Translations under genes and position numbers: made by a program
In this document: in pieces, positions 34,902 to 44,173 of the stretch
Position numbering within the stretch: the first letter of the stretch is position 1
Layout of the letters: every line of letters starts with the position of its first letter
NCBI GenBank assembly: GCA_002774225.1
Contig: PEYW01000006.1
Location: 1 to 50,499 of the forward strand
Length of the DNA stretch: 50,499 bases
Reading direction: 5' to 3'
DNA from: a candidate division WWE3 bacterium CG08_land_8_20_14_0_20_43_13
Lineage (GTDB): Bacteria > Patescibacteriota > WWE3 > PEYW01
The notes under the pieces: model-generated
What the model was told of the DNA's origin: nothing
Seen by the model: the letters and a program-made list of their open reading frames with translations, nothing else
Database searches by the model: none

Positions 34902-36938
34902 TCAGTTGATTTTATTAGCCTCCCATGTTTTTATGGCCGCTGAAATTTGATTTATCAGCTCTTTGTTATTGAGATATATTTGCGCCCACTTTTTTGTTTT
35001 GGCAGCCAGTTCTTGATCAAATAAATCAGCGATCTTAAGATTTAAAAAGTGACCATGTTGGCTGGTGCCAAAGAACGACCCTGGGCCTCTTATTTTTAAA
35101 TCCTCTTCGGCCAAATCCAGTCCGCTGTTGTATTTTTCCAATAATTTAAGCCGGTCAACATTTTCTTGTTCTTGAGAAGTAAAAAGAAGACAAAAAGATT
35201 CTTGACCGGCTCGGCCTACTCGCCCGCGAAGTTGATGAAGAGAGGCCAGTCCAAAACGTTCTGCTCCTTCAATAATCATTACCGCGGCTTGTGGGATATC
35301 TATTCCCACTTCTACCACCGAGGTGGCGGCAAGAATATCTAACCTTTTTTGCCTAAAGTCTTCAATCACCTTGTTTTTTTCTTCCTGCTTTAGCTTTCCG
35401 TGAATTAACCCAAGATTTAGTTTTGGAAATACCTCTTCTTTAAGCTTAGCGTATTCTTGTGTCGCCGCTTTGATTTGAGCCATATTTTCTTTTTCTGATT
35501 CTTGAATAAGAGGGTAAACAATAAAAACCTGGTCGCCTTGCGAAACTCTTTTTTCTACCCATCGATAAGCGTCGTTCCTTTTGCTCTCCCCCACGACCCA
35601 AGTTTTGGGAGGTATTCTGTCCTTGGGCATTTGATCAATGGTGGAAATGTCTAGATGACCAAAAACTGACAAAAAAAGAGTTCTGGGAATTGGAGTAGCT
35701 GACATGGTAAGCAGATGTGGTTTTACCTTTTGTTCAAGAAGCTTTGTCCTTTGATTTACGCCAAAGCGGTGTTGCTCGTCAATTATTACGAGCGCCAGTT
35801 TATTAGGGGGCGGCCTAAAAAGAAGCGCGTGGGTGCCTACCAACAGGTCTCCTGTTAATTCCTCTTTTTGCTCACCGGTAACCAGATCAACTTTAAAGCC
35901 AAGTTTGGCGAATAGCTCCTTAAGTTTTTCGTATTGCTGACGAACTAAAGTTTGGGTAGGTGCCAGGTAAGCTACTTGATAACCTTCTAGAACTACTGGC
36001 AAACTGGCTAAGGCGGCGACAATGGTTTTTCCTGAACCAACATCTCCTTGGAGCAGGCGGTTCATTGGTATATTCCTATTCATATCGTTCAATATTTCCT
36101 TAACACAACGAACTTGAGCTTGAGTTATTTTAAAAGGCAGTTCGTTAACAACTTTTCTTATGGTTTCAAGGTGTTTGCTGCTATTAATCTTTACACTGGA
36201 GTTTTTCTCGCGCCCGTATTGGCGTGACCATTGGCACTGCAATTGCCACCAAAACATTTCTTCAAAAGACAATCGGTACCGGCTTTTTTTTATTTGCTCC
36301 TTGCTTTGCGGAAAATGAACTTCGGTAAGGGCCTGCTTAAGTCTCGGCAGGCGTTCTTCTTCCTTTATTTTATTCGGTAAAGTATCCTGACTGTCCAAAT
36401 CCGTATTTTTAAGAATATAGTTTATCCTGGAGCGCAGCCATTTTGAAGATAGCCCTTGGGTGCAGGCGTATTTTGGGACTAATCGGCCGGTATGAATAGA
36501 CGGTTGTTTTGGATTATACAAAACTTCATAGCTGGGGCTGACTAGCGCCAGTTTTCCAGAGAAAAAAGCCGGTTTTCCACAAACGGCCAATTCAAGACCA
36601 ACTTTTAATGAGCTCACAAGAAAGAACTGATTAAACCAAATCAAAAGTATTTGGCCGCTTTTGTCTCTAAGCAAGACTTGGGTAATCTTTTTTTTGTTTT
36701 TAGTGACAATATTTTTTGCTTCAATAACCGTTCCTTTTACGGTAACCTGCTGCCCTGCCTGTAAATCGGCAATTGATACGGTATTCGTGTAATCTTCGTA
36801 ATCGTATGGCAGGTGCCATAAAAAATCCCTAACGGTTTTAATTTCCAGCCTTTCTAATCTTTGGCAGTAGGCCGGGCCGACTAGCGGTATTTTGCTTACC
36901 GGATCGTTAAGGTCGGTTATCTTAGTTCCTTTAATCAT
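34902..36938 (-). CDS. recG: ATP-dependent DNA helicase RecG
   Basis: N-terminal wedge/OB region, GDVGSGKT, DEQHRFG, TATPIPRT-like SATPIPRT and QLRGRVGR. Confidence 0.95.
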   Translation of the reverse strand: MIKGTKITDLNDPVSKIPLVGPAYCQRLERLEIKTVRDFLWHLPYDYEDYTNTVSIADLQAGQQVTVKGTVIEAKNIVTKNKKKITQVLLRDKSGQILLIWFNQFFLVSSLKVGLELAVCGKPAFFSGKLALVSPSYEVLYNPKQPSIHTGRLVPKYACTQGLSSKWLRSRINYILKNTDLDSQDTLPNKIKEEERLPRLKQALTEVHFPQSKEQIKKSRYRLSFEEMFWWQLQCQWSRQYGREKNSSVKINSSKHLETIRKVVNELPFKITQAQVRCVKEILNDMNRNIPMNRLLQGDVGSGKTIVAALASLPVVLEGYQVAYLAPTQTLVRQQYEKLKELFAKLGFKVDLVTGEQKEELTGDLLVGTHALLFRPPPNKLALVIIDEQHRFGVNQRTKLLEQKVKPHLLTMSATPIPRTLFLSVFGHLDISTIDQMPKDRIPPKTWVVGESKRNDAYRWVEKRVSQGDQVFIVYPLIQESEKENMAQIKAATQEYAKLKEEVFPKLNLGLIHGKLKQEEKNKVIEDFRQKRLDILAATSVVEVGIDIPQAAVMIIEGAERFGLASLHQLRGRVGRAGQESFCLLFTSQEQENVDRLKLLEKYNSGLDLAEEDLKIRGPGSFFGTSQHGHFLNLKIADLFDQELAAKTKKWAQIYLNNKELINQISAAIKTWEANKIN

Positions 36939-36940
36939 TT

Positions 36941-37042
36941 TTACCTAGTAAAAAGAGGCGCCATGGAACTTACGACCATGGCTAATCCAGCAGCAGCGGC
37001 CAGAATGATAAAGATTTTTTTGTGTCGTTGAATGTAGTTCAT
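36941..37042 (-). CDS. Possible 33-aa membrane micropeptide upstream of recG
   Basis: Manual translation gives MNYIQRHKKIFIILAAAAGLAMVVSSMAPLFTR. Its stop is 2 nt before the recG ATG. There is no homology evidence. Confidence 0.25.
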   Translation of the reverse strand: MNYIQRHKKIFIILAAAAGLAMVVSSMAPLFTR

Positions 37043-37157
37043 AAAGCTATTTTACACGATTTTTGTTTTTTTGAGTTGTTTTTCTTACAATGTTTTACTA
37101 TAATCTTAGTTGATAACTGTTCTCGTTCCGCATTAATACAAATGAAGGGAGAGGAAA

Positions 37158-37706
37158 ATGTCTCGTCTTAGTCGGGGCGGTTTAATAAAAATTCTTCCTG
37201 CCTCATCGGACATAGCTCGGCAGTACCGTTTTCTTTTGTTTTACAATGGTTTCGCTGACGAAGAGGTAAGAGTTGCGGAACTTACAAAGAGATATGTTTT
37301 GCTCACTGTTGAGATGTTAAACAGGAAAGGAACAAACTCCGTTAGTTCTTTAGAGGAATTAATTAAATGGACGAATAACCCTTCTTTAGACGAAGTGGAG
37401 GCATCTCTTTTGCCGTTATGTCCCGCTCTGCATCTCGCCGTGGTTGTTGGTCTATTGGTGTGGGATCGTTCATCCGAAACCCTTGTGTATTATTACAACA
37501 TGGCTCGGGGAACTTATTCCCATATGTTAAGACTGCTAAGACAGGGAGAGGAAATTCCCAATCCTATATCTGACCCGACTCGGGATTCTTTGATAAGAGC
37601 TAAAAGAGCTCTTCGGACATTGGGAGATGAATACCCTAGCGTGTTTAGAACTCCGGTAGGGAGGGTGGCGCGGAGGCCAAGGCCCGGCAGCGCTCTAATT
37701 AGGTAG
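37158..37706 (+). CDS. Hypothetical protein (orphan)
   Basis: RBS GGGAGAGG lies before the ATG and a terminator follows. No recognisable motif. Confidence 0.5.
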   Translation: MSRLSRGGLIKILPASSDIARQYRFLLFYNGFADEEVRVAELTKRYVLLTVEMLNRKGTNSVSSLEELIKWTNNPSLDEVEASLLPLCPALHLAVVVGLLVWDRSSETLVYYYNMARGTYSHMLRLLRQGEEIPNPISDPTRDSLIRAKRALRTLGDEYPSVFRTPVGRVARRPRPGSALIR

Positions 37707-37732
37707 GGAACTCGGTTTTACATTTTCGCTTC

Positions 37733-37769
37733 GGCTAGCTAAAATAACAACAGCTAGCCTTTTTATTTA
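37733..37769 (+). terminator. Rho-independent terminator
   Basis: GGCTAGCT-(11 nt)-AGCTAGCC is followed by TTTTTATTT. Confidence 0.7.
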
Positions 37770-40072
37770 TGAGTAACCGTTCCTATTACAGCAAGAGAAA
37801 GCGTTATCATATTAAAATCCGGCCTTCCGGTAATTTAAACGCTCAAAAAAAGCTAAATGTATTTTTAGTTGTTGCAACGGTAATTTCTTCCCTAGCCCTT
37901 CTATTTTTGGTTGGGGGTTCAATTATCTCCCTGGTTGTTTTTGCTTATTTTAGTAAGGATCTTCCCTCTCCTTCCCGTCTTACTCAACGAGACATGACGC
38001 TTTCTACCAAGATTTACGATCGTTATGGCACTATCCTTTATGATGTGTACGGAGAAGAAAATCGCACCTTGGTTTCTTTGGATCAGGTTCCTCAAGAATT
38101 AATTCAGGCGACATTGGCCGCCGAAGACGCGGAGTTTTACACGCATCAGGGCTTTGATTTTATGGGCAACATTCGGGGAGTTGTTAATATTATGCGAGGC
38201 GGGGGTTTGCAAAGCGGTTCTACGATAACTCAACAACTGGTTAAAAATGTATTTTTGTCTACTGAACAGACAATAAAAAGAAAAATTAAAGAGTTAATTC
38301 TAACTTTACAAATAGAAAAACGTTATTCCAAAGACGAAATATTGCAGATGTATCTTAACGAGGCGCCCTATGGGGGACAGTCTTGGGGAGTAGAATCCGC
38401 TTCTTGGATGTATTTTCAAAAAAATTCTTCCCAGCTTACTCTTTCTGAATGTGCTCTACTAGCTGGTCTTACGCAAAGCCCAACCGCGTATTTCCCTATT
38501 AACCATCCGGAAGCATCGCTGGCTAGAAGGAATTATGTTCTGTATCTGATGGAAACTCGTGGTTGGCTGGATAGCAATGGAGATCGTCATTTTGTATCTG
38601 CCGATGCCGCTCAAGCGGTTAAGGAAGAAGAGATCAAGCTTGCTCCTATTCGTCAAAGCATAAAAGCCCCTCACTTTGTAATGTATGTTAAGGATTTGCT
38701 GGTTGAACGTTACGGTGAGGAGTTAGTAGAGCGCGGCGGTTTGCAGGTAACTACTTCTCTTGACCTTCCCAAACACCAAAAAGCGCAGGAATTGGTGGAA
38801 CAAAAGGTAACGGAAGCGCAGGAGGCTGGATTTGGTTTGTCTAATGGGGCTTTGTTAGCGCTTGATCCAAAAACCGGCCAAATTTTGTCCATGGTGGGGT
38901 CCCGTGATTATTTTGAAAGTGAAAAAACTGATGGCAATGTTAATGTGACTACTTCTCTCCGCCAGCCGGGGTCTTCTATTAAGCCCCTAACCTACGCAGC
39001 CGCTTTTAAGCAGGGTTACACTCCCGCCACATTACTTATGGATGCGCAAACGGAATTTGATGGCGGTGTTGGCCAACCGCTTTATGTACCTAAAAATTAC
39101 GACGGCAAGTTTAGGGGACCGGTTTTGTTGAGGCGCGCGCTTGCTAATTCAATCAATGTCCCTGCCGTTAAAACGCTTTCTTTAGTAGGAATAGATAACT
39201 TGCTCCAAACAGCCCGTGATTTTGGTATTACCTCACTTAACGATCCTAGCCGATATGGGCTGTCTCTTACTTTGGGTGGCGGTGAGGTGAGCTTACTAGA
39301 AATGGTTGACGCTTACGGTGTTTTTGCTTCCGGAGGCGTATACCGTCAACCAACAGCCATTCTGGAGGTTAAGAGCGGCTCCGGGAAGGTTTTAGAGCGG
39401 TATTACCCCAGAGCGGGATCTCGCGTTTTGACCGAGGGGCAAGCTTACTTAATCAGTAATATTCTTTCTGACAACCAAGCCCGCGTTGAGGAATTTGGCT
39501 GGAACACCCCCCTTCGTTTGCCTGACCGTTCGGCGGCGGCTAAAACCGGCACTACTGATGATATTAAAGATAACTGGACGATTGGTTATACCCCTTCATT
39601 GGTAATAGGAGTTTGGGTTGGCAACAACGATAATTCCGAGATGAATCGAAAGCTTGTTTCTGGTATTACCGGCGCGGCGCCAATTTGGAACTCGGCGATT
39701 AGAATGTGGTTGGAGGAGCAAAGCCCGGAGGAATTTAAACGTCCCGAGGATATTATTGAAATAACGATTGATGCCCTCTCGGGTGAGTTGCCTCAAAGCG
39801 GCAATACCCGTCTGGAGATTTTTGTTAAGGGGACAGAGCCGCAGACCTACGAATCGCAAGTTTACAAGACTCTTAAGATCTGTCGTTTAGATGGCAAAAT
39901 CGCGAATCAAGCCTGTGCTGATACCGGTGAATACGAGGAAAAACAGTTCATCGTCTTTAAAGCGGAACGGCCAGAATGGCAAAAATATGTTGATGAGTGG
40001 GTATCTAAAAACTTTCCGGGAGACGAAAAGTATCATCCTCCGGATCAGGTGTCGCATCTTTATGAGTCTTAA
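37769..40072 (+). CDS. Class A penicillin-binding protein (bifunctional glycosyltransferase/transpeptidase, PBP1A family)
   Basis: GT51 motifs are EDAEFYTHQGFD, GSTITQQLVKN and RKIKE. Transpeptidase motifs are SSIKP (SxxK), SIN (SxN) and KTGTT. An N-terminal TM anchor is present. Confidence 0.92.
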   Translation: MSNRSYYSKRKRYHIKIRPSGNLNAQKKLNVFLVVATVISSLALLFLVGGSIISLVVFAYFSKDLPSPSRLTQRDMTLSTKIYDRYGTILYDVYGEENRTLVSLDQVPQELIQATLAAEDAEFYTHQGFDFMGNIRGVVNIMRGGGLQSGSTITQQLVKNVFLSTEQTIKRKIKELILTLQIEKRYSKDEILQMYLNEAPYGGQSWGVESASWMYFQKNSSQLTLSECALLAGLTQSPTAYFPINHPEASLARRNYVLYLMETRGWLDSNGDRHFVSADAAQAVKEEEIKLAPIRQSIKAPHFVMYVKDLLVERYGEELVERGGLQVTTSLDLPKHQKAQELVEQKVTEAQEAGFGLSNGALLALDPKTGQILSMVGSRDYFESEKTDGNVNVTTSLRQPGSSIKPLTYAAAFKQGYTPATLLMDAQTEFDGGVGQPLYVPKNYDGKFRGPVLLRRALANSINVPAVKTLSLVGIDNLLQTARDFGITSLNDPSRYGLSLTLGGGEVSLLEMVDAYGVFASGGVYRQPTAILEVKSGSGKVLERYYPRAGSRVLTEGQAYLISNILSDNQARVEEFGWNTPLRLPDRSAAAKTGTTDDIKDNWTIGYTPSLVIGVWVGNNDNSEMNRKLVSGITGAAPIWNSAIRMWLEEQSPEEFKRPEDIIEITIDALSGELPQSGNTRLEIFVKGTEPQTYESQVYKTLKICRLDGKIANQACADTGEYEEKQFIVFKAERPEWQKYVDEWVSKNFPGDEKYHPPDQVSHLYES

Positions 40073-40120
40073 ATTAGACTCTTACGAGAGGTTTTTGCCA
40101 TTGATTCTTTAATTTTTGGT

Positions 40121-40465
40121 CTATTTATTAACTACTTCCAATACCTTATTAAAAGTTTCGGAATCGTGGGTTCCCAATTGAGCTAGAGATTTGCGGTTAA
40201 GGGTGACACCAGCCTTGGTTAGCATGGGAATAAATCTAGAGTAGGTTAGCCCGTGCTGGCGCAGAGCGGCATTTAAGCGCTGTATCCATAAACGGCGCAT
40301 ATCGCGGCGGCGCAGCCGGCGCCCGGCAAAGGCATAACTGCCAGCGTGCAAATAAGCCTGTTTGGCTACTCGGTACAGTTTGGAGCGAGTTAAGCGATAA
40401 CCCTTAACCGCTTGTAGTATCTTTTTATGTCGACGGTGGCTTTTAAAGCCTCCTTTTACGCGCAT
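40121..40465 (-). CDS. rplT: 50S ribosomal protein L20
   Basis: MRVKGGFKSHRRHKKIL...RRDMRRLWIQRLNAA. Confidence 0.95.
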   Translation of the reverse strand: MRVKGGFKSHRRHKKILQAVKGYRLTRSKLYRVAKQAYLHAGSYAFAGRRLRRRDMRRLWIQRLNAALRQHGLTYSRFIPMLTKAGVTLNRKSLAQLGTHDSETFNKVLEVVNK

Positions 40466-40494
40466 ATAAACTCAAACAAAATAAACTTGTTAAA

Positions 40495-40698
40495 CTAATT
40501 AAAACTGCTGGGCAACGCTACCCTCACTCTGTTGGTATTACTTGAACTCACATTTTTTTCGCGCTTTTTGCGGTAGTGCTGATTACTGTTCTCCTTTCGG
40601 CGCAAATGGCTAGTACCAACGCATTTTTGTTTCATTTTGCCAGTTTTGGTTATTCTTATTCTTTTAGCAACGACTTTTCTAGTTTTAGGTTTTGGCAT
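40495..40698 (-). CDS. rpmI: 50S ribosomal protein L35
   Basis: MPKPKTRKVVAKRIRITKTGKMK...SHL. Positioned between infC and rplT. Confidence 0.9.
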   Translation of the reverse strand: MPKPKTRKVVAKRIRITKTGKMKQKCVGTSHLRRKENSNQHYRKKREKNVSSSNTNRVRVALPSSFN

Positions 40699-40712
40699 AT
40701 AGTTTAATTCCC

Positions 40713-41267
40713 TTATTTGGGGATAAAAGTGACATTCATTGTTTTCCCAATAATTCTTGGCGGTTTTCCGTCAAGATCGTTTTTAGCAATATCCTCCAAA
40801 CCTTTAATAAAAATGTTTATTTTTTCCTCGCCTACTTCTGGATGAGTTACTTCTCGGCCTTTGAATCTTACTATTAATTTAACTCTATCTTTGTCTCCAA
40901 GAAACTTGCGCGCTTGGTTTAGCCGTATTTCCAAATCGTAGGTTCCAATGTTAACGCCCGTTGTTAGTTGTTTAGTTTCGGACTTTTTCTGCCCCCCGAC
41001 CTTTTTGGCCTTTTGCCGTTCTTGAAATTTATATTTACCAAGATCTATTATTTTACAAACAGGCGGGTTGGTTTTATCGGCCACCTCGATTAAATCTTTG
41101 TTTTGTTCTCTGGCTAGGGCGATTGCCTCGCCGGTTTTCATTAACCCAAGCTGCTCGCCTTCGGCACTTACCACCCTTACTTCCGGAACTTTAATCTGAT
41201 GATTAATCCGGTGTTTGAGTGTTTCTACCTTCCTAAAATTCTTTTTTTTGCGCGGTCGATATCTTAT
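40713..41267 (-). CDS. infC: Translation initiation factor IF-3 (non-AUG start; 5' end uncertain)
   Basis: The track ORF starts at MVSAEGEQLG. However, IF-3 homology (RINHQIKVPEVRVVSAEGEQLG) continues upstream with no in-frame ATG. Candidate starts are ATT 41205-41207 or ATA 41265-41267. thrS-infC-rpmI-rplT synteny supports the call. Confidence 0.9.
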   Translation of the reverse strand: MRYRPRKKKNFRKVETLKHRINHQIKVPEVRVVSAEGEQLGLMKTGEAIALAREQNKDLIEVADKTNPPVCKIIDLGKYKFQERQKAKKVGGQKKSETKQLTTGVNIGTYDLEIRLNQARKFLGDKDRVKLIVRFKGREVTHPEVGEEKINIFIKGLEDIAKNDLDGKPPRIIGKTMNVTFIPK

Positions 41268-41344
41268 ATAAACACAGAAAAACTACTGGGTTTTTATACC
41301 ATGAGTATGATTATACGACAAGCGGCTGATTTTGTCACTATTTG

Positions 41345-43123
41345 CTACAAATCAAAGCTCTTAGTTTCAATTTTTTCTTTTAAATGTTCAATGAATTTTT
41401 CTAGGCTTACTGCTCCGAGGCTTTGTTCGGTTCTTAAACGTACATTAACAGTATTTTCTGCTTGCTCTCTTTTTCCAACCACTAGCATATATGGTATTTT
41501 TTGCTCTTGGGCGTGACGGATTTTATTTTGCATTGTTTCATCGCGATTGTCTACTGTTACTCTTATTGGTCCGGATAATTGTTCAACTGTTCTAATTTGC
41601 TTCGCTGCTTCTTCGGCGTAAGGTGTTTGTTCCTGGGAGATGGGTATAACTGTTACTTGAACTGGCGATAGCCAGACGGGAAACGCGCCGCCGTAATTTT
41701 CTATCAATGTTCCGATAAATCTTTCCATTGATCCTAGAACAGTGCGATGGACCATAAAAGGCCGGTACTCCTTTCCGTTAGCCCCAATGTAGGTCATATT
41801 GAACCTTTCCGGTAAATTAAAGTCAAATTGAATGGTAGTTCCCTGCCAGAGTCTGCCCATCGCGTCCTCTACTTTCAAGTCAATAGCCGGTCCATAGAAT
41901 TTGGCTTCTCCTATTCCTATTTTGTATTCAACTTTGCGGCCGTCTAGAATTTTCTTGAGTGTTTTTTCTCCAATATCCCAAGCATCACTTTCGCCAATGT
42001 ATTTACTCGGGGCGCTGGGATCGCGTAATGACAGCTCGTAATGCAGTTTTTCAAAACCAAAAACCCGGTTTATTTCAATCGCAAAATCTAGGACTCCTTC
42101 CAGTTCTTCTACCACGCTTTCTGGGGCGCAGATTATGTGAGCGTCGTCCTGGGTAAATCCTCTTGGACGCAGAATTCCGTGACGGACCCCTTCTAGTTCA
42201 TATCGGTAGACTGTTCCCAACTCGCACCAGCGCAGTGGCAGGTCCTTGTAGCTACGCGGCCTTGAATTGTAAATCATTATGTGGAAGGGGCAGCTCATTG
42301 GTTTAAGAAAGTATTCTTCCTCACGATCATCTTTTAGACTGGGAAACATTAGATTTTTATAATGGTCGGTGTGGCCGGATCTATCCCACAAATCCCTTTT
42401 TCCGATGTGGGGAGTATATAGATATTGGTATCCTCTTTTTCGGTGTTCGCGCCGCCAGTATAGTTCAATTTCCTCTCTAACAACCGATAAATTGGGATGC
42501 CACAAAATTAAACCGGTCCCTACCTGCTCATTTTGGCTAAAATAATCCAATTTTTTGTTTAATTCCCGGTGGTCCTTAGTTAGCGCCTCTTCCCTTTTTT
42601 GTAAGTATTCATCCAAATCTTTCTGCTTCATAAAAGCTAAGCCATATATTCTGGTTAGCATTTGGTTTTTTTCACTACCTTTCCAATAAGCGCCGGCCAG
42701 CCGATCCAATTTAAATATCCCAATTTCTTTATACGAGTTGAGATGGGGTCCTTTGCATAGATCAATAAAATCGCCGCTTTGATAAAAAGTAACTTCTTGT
42801 TGGCCAGTTTTTTCCAAATCTTCAATTAATTCCAATTTATACGGCTGACCAGCCATCTCTTCTTTAGCCTCTTTGATTGGCAGGTTAGACGAGGAAAATC
42901 TAAGATCTTGGCCCTTTAACCCTTCCATTTTTGCTTGAATTTTCTCCAGGTCCTGAACGGATATTGGGTCGGCAAACTCAAAGTCGTAATAAAAACCATC
43001 GTCAATCGCCGGACCTATTCCGAGTTTTGTGTTTGGGTACAACTCCATTACCGAATGAGCCAGCAAATGGCTGGCGGAATGGCGCATTTTTTCTAAATCG
43101 TTGTTCATGTTTGTTTTATCCAT
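41345..43123 (-). CDS. thrS: Threonine--tRNA ligase (no N-terminal TGS domain)
   Basis: RHSASHLLAH and IGPAIDDGFYYDF belong to the editing domain. The class II catalytic core and a C-terminal anticodon-binding domain are present. It starts at a position equivalent to ~residue 60 of E. coli ThrRS. Confidence 0.97.
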   Translation of the reverse strand: MDKTNMNNDLEKMRHSASHLLAHSVMELYPNTKLGIGPAIDDGFYYDFEFADPISVQDLEKIQAKMEGLKGQDLRFSSSNLPIKEAKEEMAGQPYKLELIEDLEKTGQQEVTFYQSGDFIDLCKGPHLNSYKEIGIFKLDRLAGAYWKGSEKNQMLTRIYGLAFMKQKDLDEYLQKREEALTKDHRELNKKLDYFSQNEQVGTGLILWHPNLSVVREEIELYWRREHRKRGYQYLYTPHIGKRDLWDRSGHTDHYKNLMFPSLKDDREEEYFLKPMSCPFHIMIYNSRPRSYKDLPLRWCELGTVYRYELEGVRHGILRPRGFTQDDAHIICAPESVVEELEGVLDFAIEINRVFGFEKLHYELSLRDPSAPSKYIGESDAWDIGEKTLKKILDGRKVEYKIGIGEAKFYGPAIDLKVEDAMGRLWQGTTIQFDFNLPERFNMTYIGANGKEYRPFMVHRTVLGSMERFIGTLIENYGGAFPVWLSPVQVTVIPISQEQTPYAEEAAKQIRTVEQLSGPIRVTVDNRDETMQNKIRHAQEQKIPYMLVVGKREQAENTVNVRLRTEQSLGAVSLEKFIEHLKEKIETKSFDL

Positions 43124-43156
43124 AGCTTGTTTCTTAGTTTTTTATTAACACTTTGG

Positions 43157-44170
43157 TTATATCAAATCTGGCTGTTTGATTACAGCCGCTTGGTTTTCTT
43201 CATCAACAGATATTTCGCGATATGGTTCTAGATAAACAGTTCTGCCTAGCCACCGTTCGTACTCGCTAAATAGATTGCTTGTTTCCAGTCCTCGGGTTAC
43301 CGCTCGTTGGAATTGATTAAGGTGGCTTGATCCAAAGTCTGCCAAATATACAACAAATGCTTCTAATGTTTGCGGTCTAACCGGACTGCCCTGTTCTATT
43401 TCTCCATGGTGAGCTAATATTATATGATTTAACTGTATTTTCAGCGGTGAAGGGAAGTCTGGCCAGTAGAACTTTTGGACTATCCCATACCCTAGAGCCA
43501 AGTGACCTTCCAAAGAACCCTCGACCGTTCGTTCAATAGTTACTCCGTTTGGTCTCAATTCAAGCGCTTTGCCAATGTCGTGGAGCAATATGCCCGCTAT
43601 TATTAAATCCTGGTTAAGGTGCTGGTTGATGTTTTGATAAGTTAGCGCCACTTCCAACATTTCCAAAGTGTGTTCCAGCAACCCTCCCAAATAGGCGTGA
43701 TGAACTTTTTCTGCCCCCGGGCTGTTGATCAGTTTATCTTTTAAATTCTCGTCTTTATAAATCAACAGAAGAAGTTTTTTTAATTCCTCGTCTTTAACTT
43801 TTTTTATCCAGTTTAGACAACGGTCGTAAAGCTCTATCGGATCTGTTTTGCTGACCGGAAGAAAATCTTTTGGGTCAAAATCTTGCGTTTTGGTTAAAGT
43901 TTGAATATTTAGCTGAATAGAGTTTCGGTAACTTTCTACTAAGGCGTTAATCTTTACCACCTGATTGGCGCTGAAGTTTGTGTCGCAGAATTCAAACCGA
44001 TCGCTCCATAAAGTGGCGTTTATTTCTCCGGTTCGGTCGTTTAGCACCAGTTTATAAAAATCTTTACCTTGCTTGGTGACACTCAAGGAGGCTTCCTTTA
44101 GCACAAACGGCTCTTGTTCCAGTTTTTGGTTTTCTTTTAGATCTTTAATAAATACTGTTTTTTTGTTCAT
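43157..44170 (-). CDS. yhaM: OB-fold + HD-domain 3'-5' exoribonuclease, YhaM-like
   Basis: The N-terminal OB fold (KLVLNDRTGEINATLW) is followed by HHAYLGGLLEHTL, ILLHDIGK and LAHHGEIEQGSP. Confidence 0.8.
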   Translation of the reverse strand: MNKKTVFIKDLKENQKLEQEPFVLKEASLSVTKQGKDFYKLVLNDRTGEINATLWSDRFEFCDTNFSANQVVKINALVESYRNSIQLNIQTLTKTQDFDPKDFLPVSKTDPIELYDRCLNWIKKVKDEELKKLLLLIYKDENLKDKLINSPGAEKVHHAYLGGLLEHTLEMLEVALTYQNINQHLNQDLIIAGILLHDIGKALELRPNGVTIERTVEGSLEGHLALGYGIVQKFYWPDFPSPLKIQLNHIILAHHGEIEQGSPVRPQTLEAFVVYLADFGSSHLNQFQRAVTRGLETSNLFSEYERWLGRTVYLEPYREISVDEENQAAVIKQPDLI

Positions 44171-44173
44171 ACC

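Noticed and set aside
41199-41516. The 105-aa plus-strand ORF.
   Set aside because: It overlaps the 5' extension of infC and the 3' end of thrS on the opposite strand. Its translation is hydrophobic nonsense with no motif.
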